DNA of 28,370 bases from a virus (Duplodnaviria; Caudoviricetes), in the IMG/VR virus record IMGVR_UViG_3300005827_000044, positions 1 to 28,370 of that record; one strand, 5' to 3'. Under the pieces are notes generated by a model. It had not been told where the DNA came from. It saw only the letters and a list, made by a program, of their open reading frames with translations, and made no database searches. The position numbers and the translations under genes were made by a program. This document shows, one piece after another, positions 26,282 through 28,370 of this stretch; within the stretch, counting starts at the first letter, position 1, and each line of letters opens with the position of its first letter.

Positions 26282-26314
26282 TTTTCGCTCTACTTTCTTT
26301 CTGCCAGTTTTAAG

Positions 26315-26380
26315 TTAAACCCCTAAAACACTTACCAATAAAAACATTCCCATACATAAAATCTCCAAACGTTTGCTCAT
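26315..26380 (-). CDS. Possible 21-aa hydrophobic peptide
   Basis: MSKRLEILCMGMFLLVSVLGV. TAATG overlap with the upstream stop and GAGGA RBS. Confidence 0.35.
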   Translation of the reverse strand: MSKRLEILCMGMFLLVSVLGV

Positions 26381-26613
26381 TAAAACAAATCCTCACCCTT
26401 CCAACGCCAAACCGCAAAAAAAGCCGACGAAAATAAAAGGTAAACTATGCTTAAAATTACACAGTAAATAACAGGCAAACTACCAGGCACATTGATCAGT
26501 GATTCGGCCCACATCAACCAAAAAACCATCACTCCGATGACCACCCCACAAAACCATACAAACAGGATCGTCTTTAACAACCCATAAAGAAGAAAATCTA
26601 AAATATCACTCAT
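26380..26613 (-). CDS. Small membrane protein (2 TM)
   Basis: Two long hydrophobic segments. Overlaps the upstream gene. Confidence 0.65.
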   Translation of the reverse strand: MSDILDFLLYGLLKTILFVWFCGVVIGVMVFWLMWAESLINVPGSLPVIYCVILSIVYLLFSSAFFAVWRWKGEDLF

Positions 26614-26950
26614 CGCCCAAAGCCTCCTTTGCTTTTTTTATTGATACGTCAAAGAATTTCGGCAATTCCTCTACAGTGCTTGAATCTGCTGCAAGAGCAA
26701 ACTTCGCTAATGTCATATCCATCATCATATCATATAACGCCTTCCTATACTTCTCGGCCTCGATCTCGGCTGAATGCTCGGCGCGGGTGTTCCAAAGTGC
26801 CCTTGCACTTTTTCTTGATTCTTTTATTGGGCTTGTGAGTCGGCAGTTCCAACATTGAAAATAGTGATGCAGCCCATCCCATGTAGTGTGCGCATGGATA
26901 TCGGTTGATCCACACCACGGATTAGGACACGGCTTAAGATCGGTGGTCAT
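26606..26950 (-). CDS. Lar-like (restriction alleviation family) zinc-ribbon protein
   Basis: LKPCPNPWCGS...QCWNC...A.ALWNTRA signature plus a helical C-terminal extension. Confidence 0.75.
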   Translation of the reverse strand: MTTDLKPCPNPWCGSTDIHAHTTWDGLHHYFQCWNCRLTSPIKESRKSARALWNTRAEHSAEIEAEKYRKALYDMMMDMTLAKFALAADSSTVEELPKFFDVSIKKAKEALGDE

Positions 26951-27108
26951 TCTTCCCTCTTAGTTGCTTCTTTCAAACCTTCAGAAAATTCCTCGGCAAT
27001 GTCAGCCACCGGCTTTGTGATAAGTCGAACCGCCGTCAACGGAACTTCTGCAACCGCACCGGTCGTTTTCACAACATCACCAACTACGTCAAATAGTGAT
27101 TTAATCAT
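26947..27108 (-). CDS. 53-aa amphipathic helical protein (absent from the ORF track)
   Basis: MIKSLFDVVGDVVKTTGAVAEVPLTAVRLITKPVADIAEEFSEGLKEATKREE. ATGA overlaps at both ends. Confidence 0.75.
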   Translation of the reverse strand: MIKSLFDVVGDVVKTTGAVAEVPLTAVRLITKPVADIAEEFSEGLKEATKREE

Positions 27109-27341
27109 CCCTTAATCTCCCACTCAAACTTCTTACCCATTACCTCACACAATATCGCCGCATCCCCAATACTTATCTGCCTACCCTCAAGTCTTCGCAT
27201 CAATTCACTGTAACTCCAACCCAAATTCATGCAAATCTCCCTATATGTAAAACCATCATCCCTTATAATCTTTAATATCCTACCCTGAATATCCTGCGTC
27301 ACAGAATGATCCCACCCCCGACGTATCTTCGCTCTACCCAT
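27105..27341 (-). CDS. XRE/Cro-like helix-turn-helix protein
   Basis: GFTYREICMNLGWSYSELMRRLEGRQISIGDAAILCEVMG. GAAGGA RBS. Confidence 0.65.
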   Translation of the reverse strand: MGRAKIRRGWDHSVTQDIQGRILKIIRDDGFTYREICMNLGWSYSELMRRLEGRQISIGDAAILCEVMGKKFEWEIKG

Positions 27342-27377
27342 CAATATATCCTTCTCAAAACACCCCCTCCCTATCTA

Positions 27378-27614
27378 TCAATTATCGATACTACCATTAT
27401 TGGTACTAATAGTCAAGAACAAAAAAAATATAGGGCATAGACGGATTTCATGAAACCTTGCCCGATTCCCCACAAATCCATACTCAAATTTCCAATAGGA
27501 ACCACGTACAAACGCGAAAGATAACCAGCTTGGTGAAAGTACCCAATAAAAAACTAAATCGCTCGTAACAAGCCCTAATGCGTAAAGAGAGGTATAGAGC
27601 AGAATTGGTAACAT
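27378..27614 (-). CDS. Hypothetical hydrophobic protein
   Basis: 78-aa ORF, first gene of the minus-strand cluster. No clear RBS. Confidence 0.4.
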   Translation of the reverse strand: MLPILLYTSLYALGLVTSDLVFYWVLSPSWLSFAFVRGSYWKFEYGFVGNRARFHEIRLCPIFFLFLTISTNNGSIDN

Positions 27615-27654
27615 AATGAATAAGACAATAGTATCATAAGTGGTAGTGTGTTTG

Positions 27655-27696
27655 ATGTGAAAAATAGCTTAGAGGGCATAATAGCCTTTTTCACAT
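27655..27696. repeat. Inverted repeat (10-bp arms)
   Basis: ATGTGAAAAA (27655-27664) and TTTTTCACAT (27687-27696). Confidence 0.6.
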
Positions 27697-28329
27697 AATC
27701 TGTATAAGTACCCCCACCCCTGAAGCGCAACGGCCTAGCCAGCTATTGCTGCAATGCACAATACAATGTAATCTACGCTTCACAACCTTAACTCTACACT
27801 TCACAAGTATATTATACATTATATATATGTAGTTATATATATTACATCACTTATCTATATATCTTTCTTTCTCTTTTATATCTATTCGTTCAGCAATTTA
27901 TGTTCCACGTGTAACGGCATGACGCGGTGGATTGGCAGATACTCATATCATATTATAGCATACTTGTATGTATAACTCTATACTCACTACTCTACATACT
28001 GACATACATTTATATATATACATAATATAACATATATATATTACTATATAGTATATTATATACATATAACAGTATCATATACAACCATTATATATTTATA
28101 GCATATTATACTATACATATATTATGTTATACTAACTATACACTATACTATACATAATACATATACAGCTACAGTGCTATATGATAGCTAATACGTTATG
28201 TTGCTGTTTTGTTCTGGTCAATATATATATAAATAGTTACACTGATATAATAACATATAGCTTGCATGGCTATGCGTTTATTACATAGCAGGTATAACTA
28301 AATATTTTCAAAATTAACTACTTTTTTTA

Positions 28330-28358
28330 TTGACATATTATGTTATACGTATTATGTT
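28330..28358 (+). promoter_or_regulatory. Sigma70-like promoter firing rightwards out of the window
   Basis: TTGACA-N17-TATGTT with an upstream A/T tract resembling an UP element. Confidence 0.7.
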
Positions 28359-28363
28359 ATACG
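28336..28363 (+). repeat. Tandem 14-bp direct repeat TATTATGTTATACG x2 overlapping the promoter
   Basis: Copies at 28336-28349 and 28350-28363. A third 13-bp copy lies at 28120-28132. Confidence 0.8.
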
Positions 28364-28370
28364 TATCAAC

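Larger units (their letters stand above)
27800..28370. other. Very AT-rich, TA-alternating non-coding region (control region, origin or genome-end candidate)
   Basis: No ORF of 60 aa or more, many (TA)n runs, repeated TATGTTAT/ATAACATA. Confidence 0.6.

Noticed and set aside
1491-26858. All plus-strand ORFs in the track (for example 1491-1907, 12498-12785, 17262-17582, 21177-21491)
   Set aside because: They are antisense shadows of well-supported, tightly coupled minus-strand genes and show no recognisable motifs.
27800-28370. CRISPR array or mini-array in the AT-rich region
   Set aside because: The repeats are 8-14 bp, irregularly spaced and in both orientations, with no repeat-spacer periodicity.
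1-28370. Stop-codon reassignment, introns/inteins, diversity-generating retroelement, integrase
   Set aside because: Genes are intact in the standard code, the tRNA is not a suppressor, TerL and capsid are of normal length, and I saw no reverse transcriptase, recombinase or template/variable repeat pair.

Overview
This is a 28.4 kb piece of a tailed dsDNA phage genome with a podovirus-like virion module. Every credible gene is on the minus strand. In transcription order (right to left) it holds: an AT-rich non-coding control region with a divergent sigma70-like promoter; about 14 small accessory genes (HTH, Lar-like, DUF6745-like, STAS/DUF4325-like, DUF6496-like); tRNA-Arg(UCU) and a terminator; TerS, TerL and portal; a VIP2-type ADP-ribosyltransferase; two small ORFs; a GroES-like co-chaperonin; scaffold, capsid-associated proteins and major capsid protein; four tandem paralogous ~100-aa proteins; adaptor, fibre/chaperone, second adaptor and nozzle-like tail proteins; and two Gly-rich internal (ejection) proteins, the last running off the window. 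The most interesting signal is a short (Y/F)-x-x-G-G peptide motif shared by both ejection proteins, the ADP-ribosyltransferase and an unannotated 58-aa basic protein. It may be a virion-loading or processing signal for injected cargo, but this is inference. Also notable are one discoidin-like domain inserted in two unrelated tail proteins and the four-gene paralogue array. All family names come from motif recognition by eye; no searches were run.
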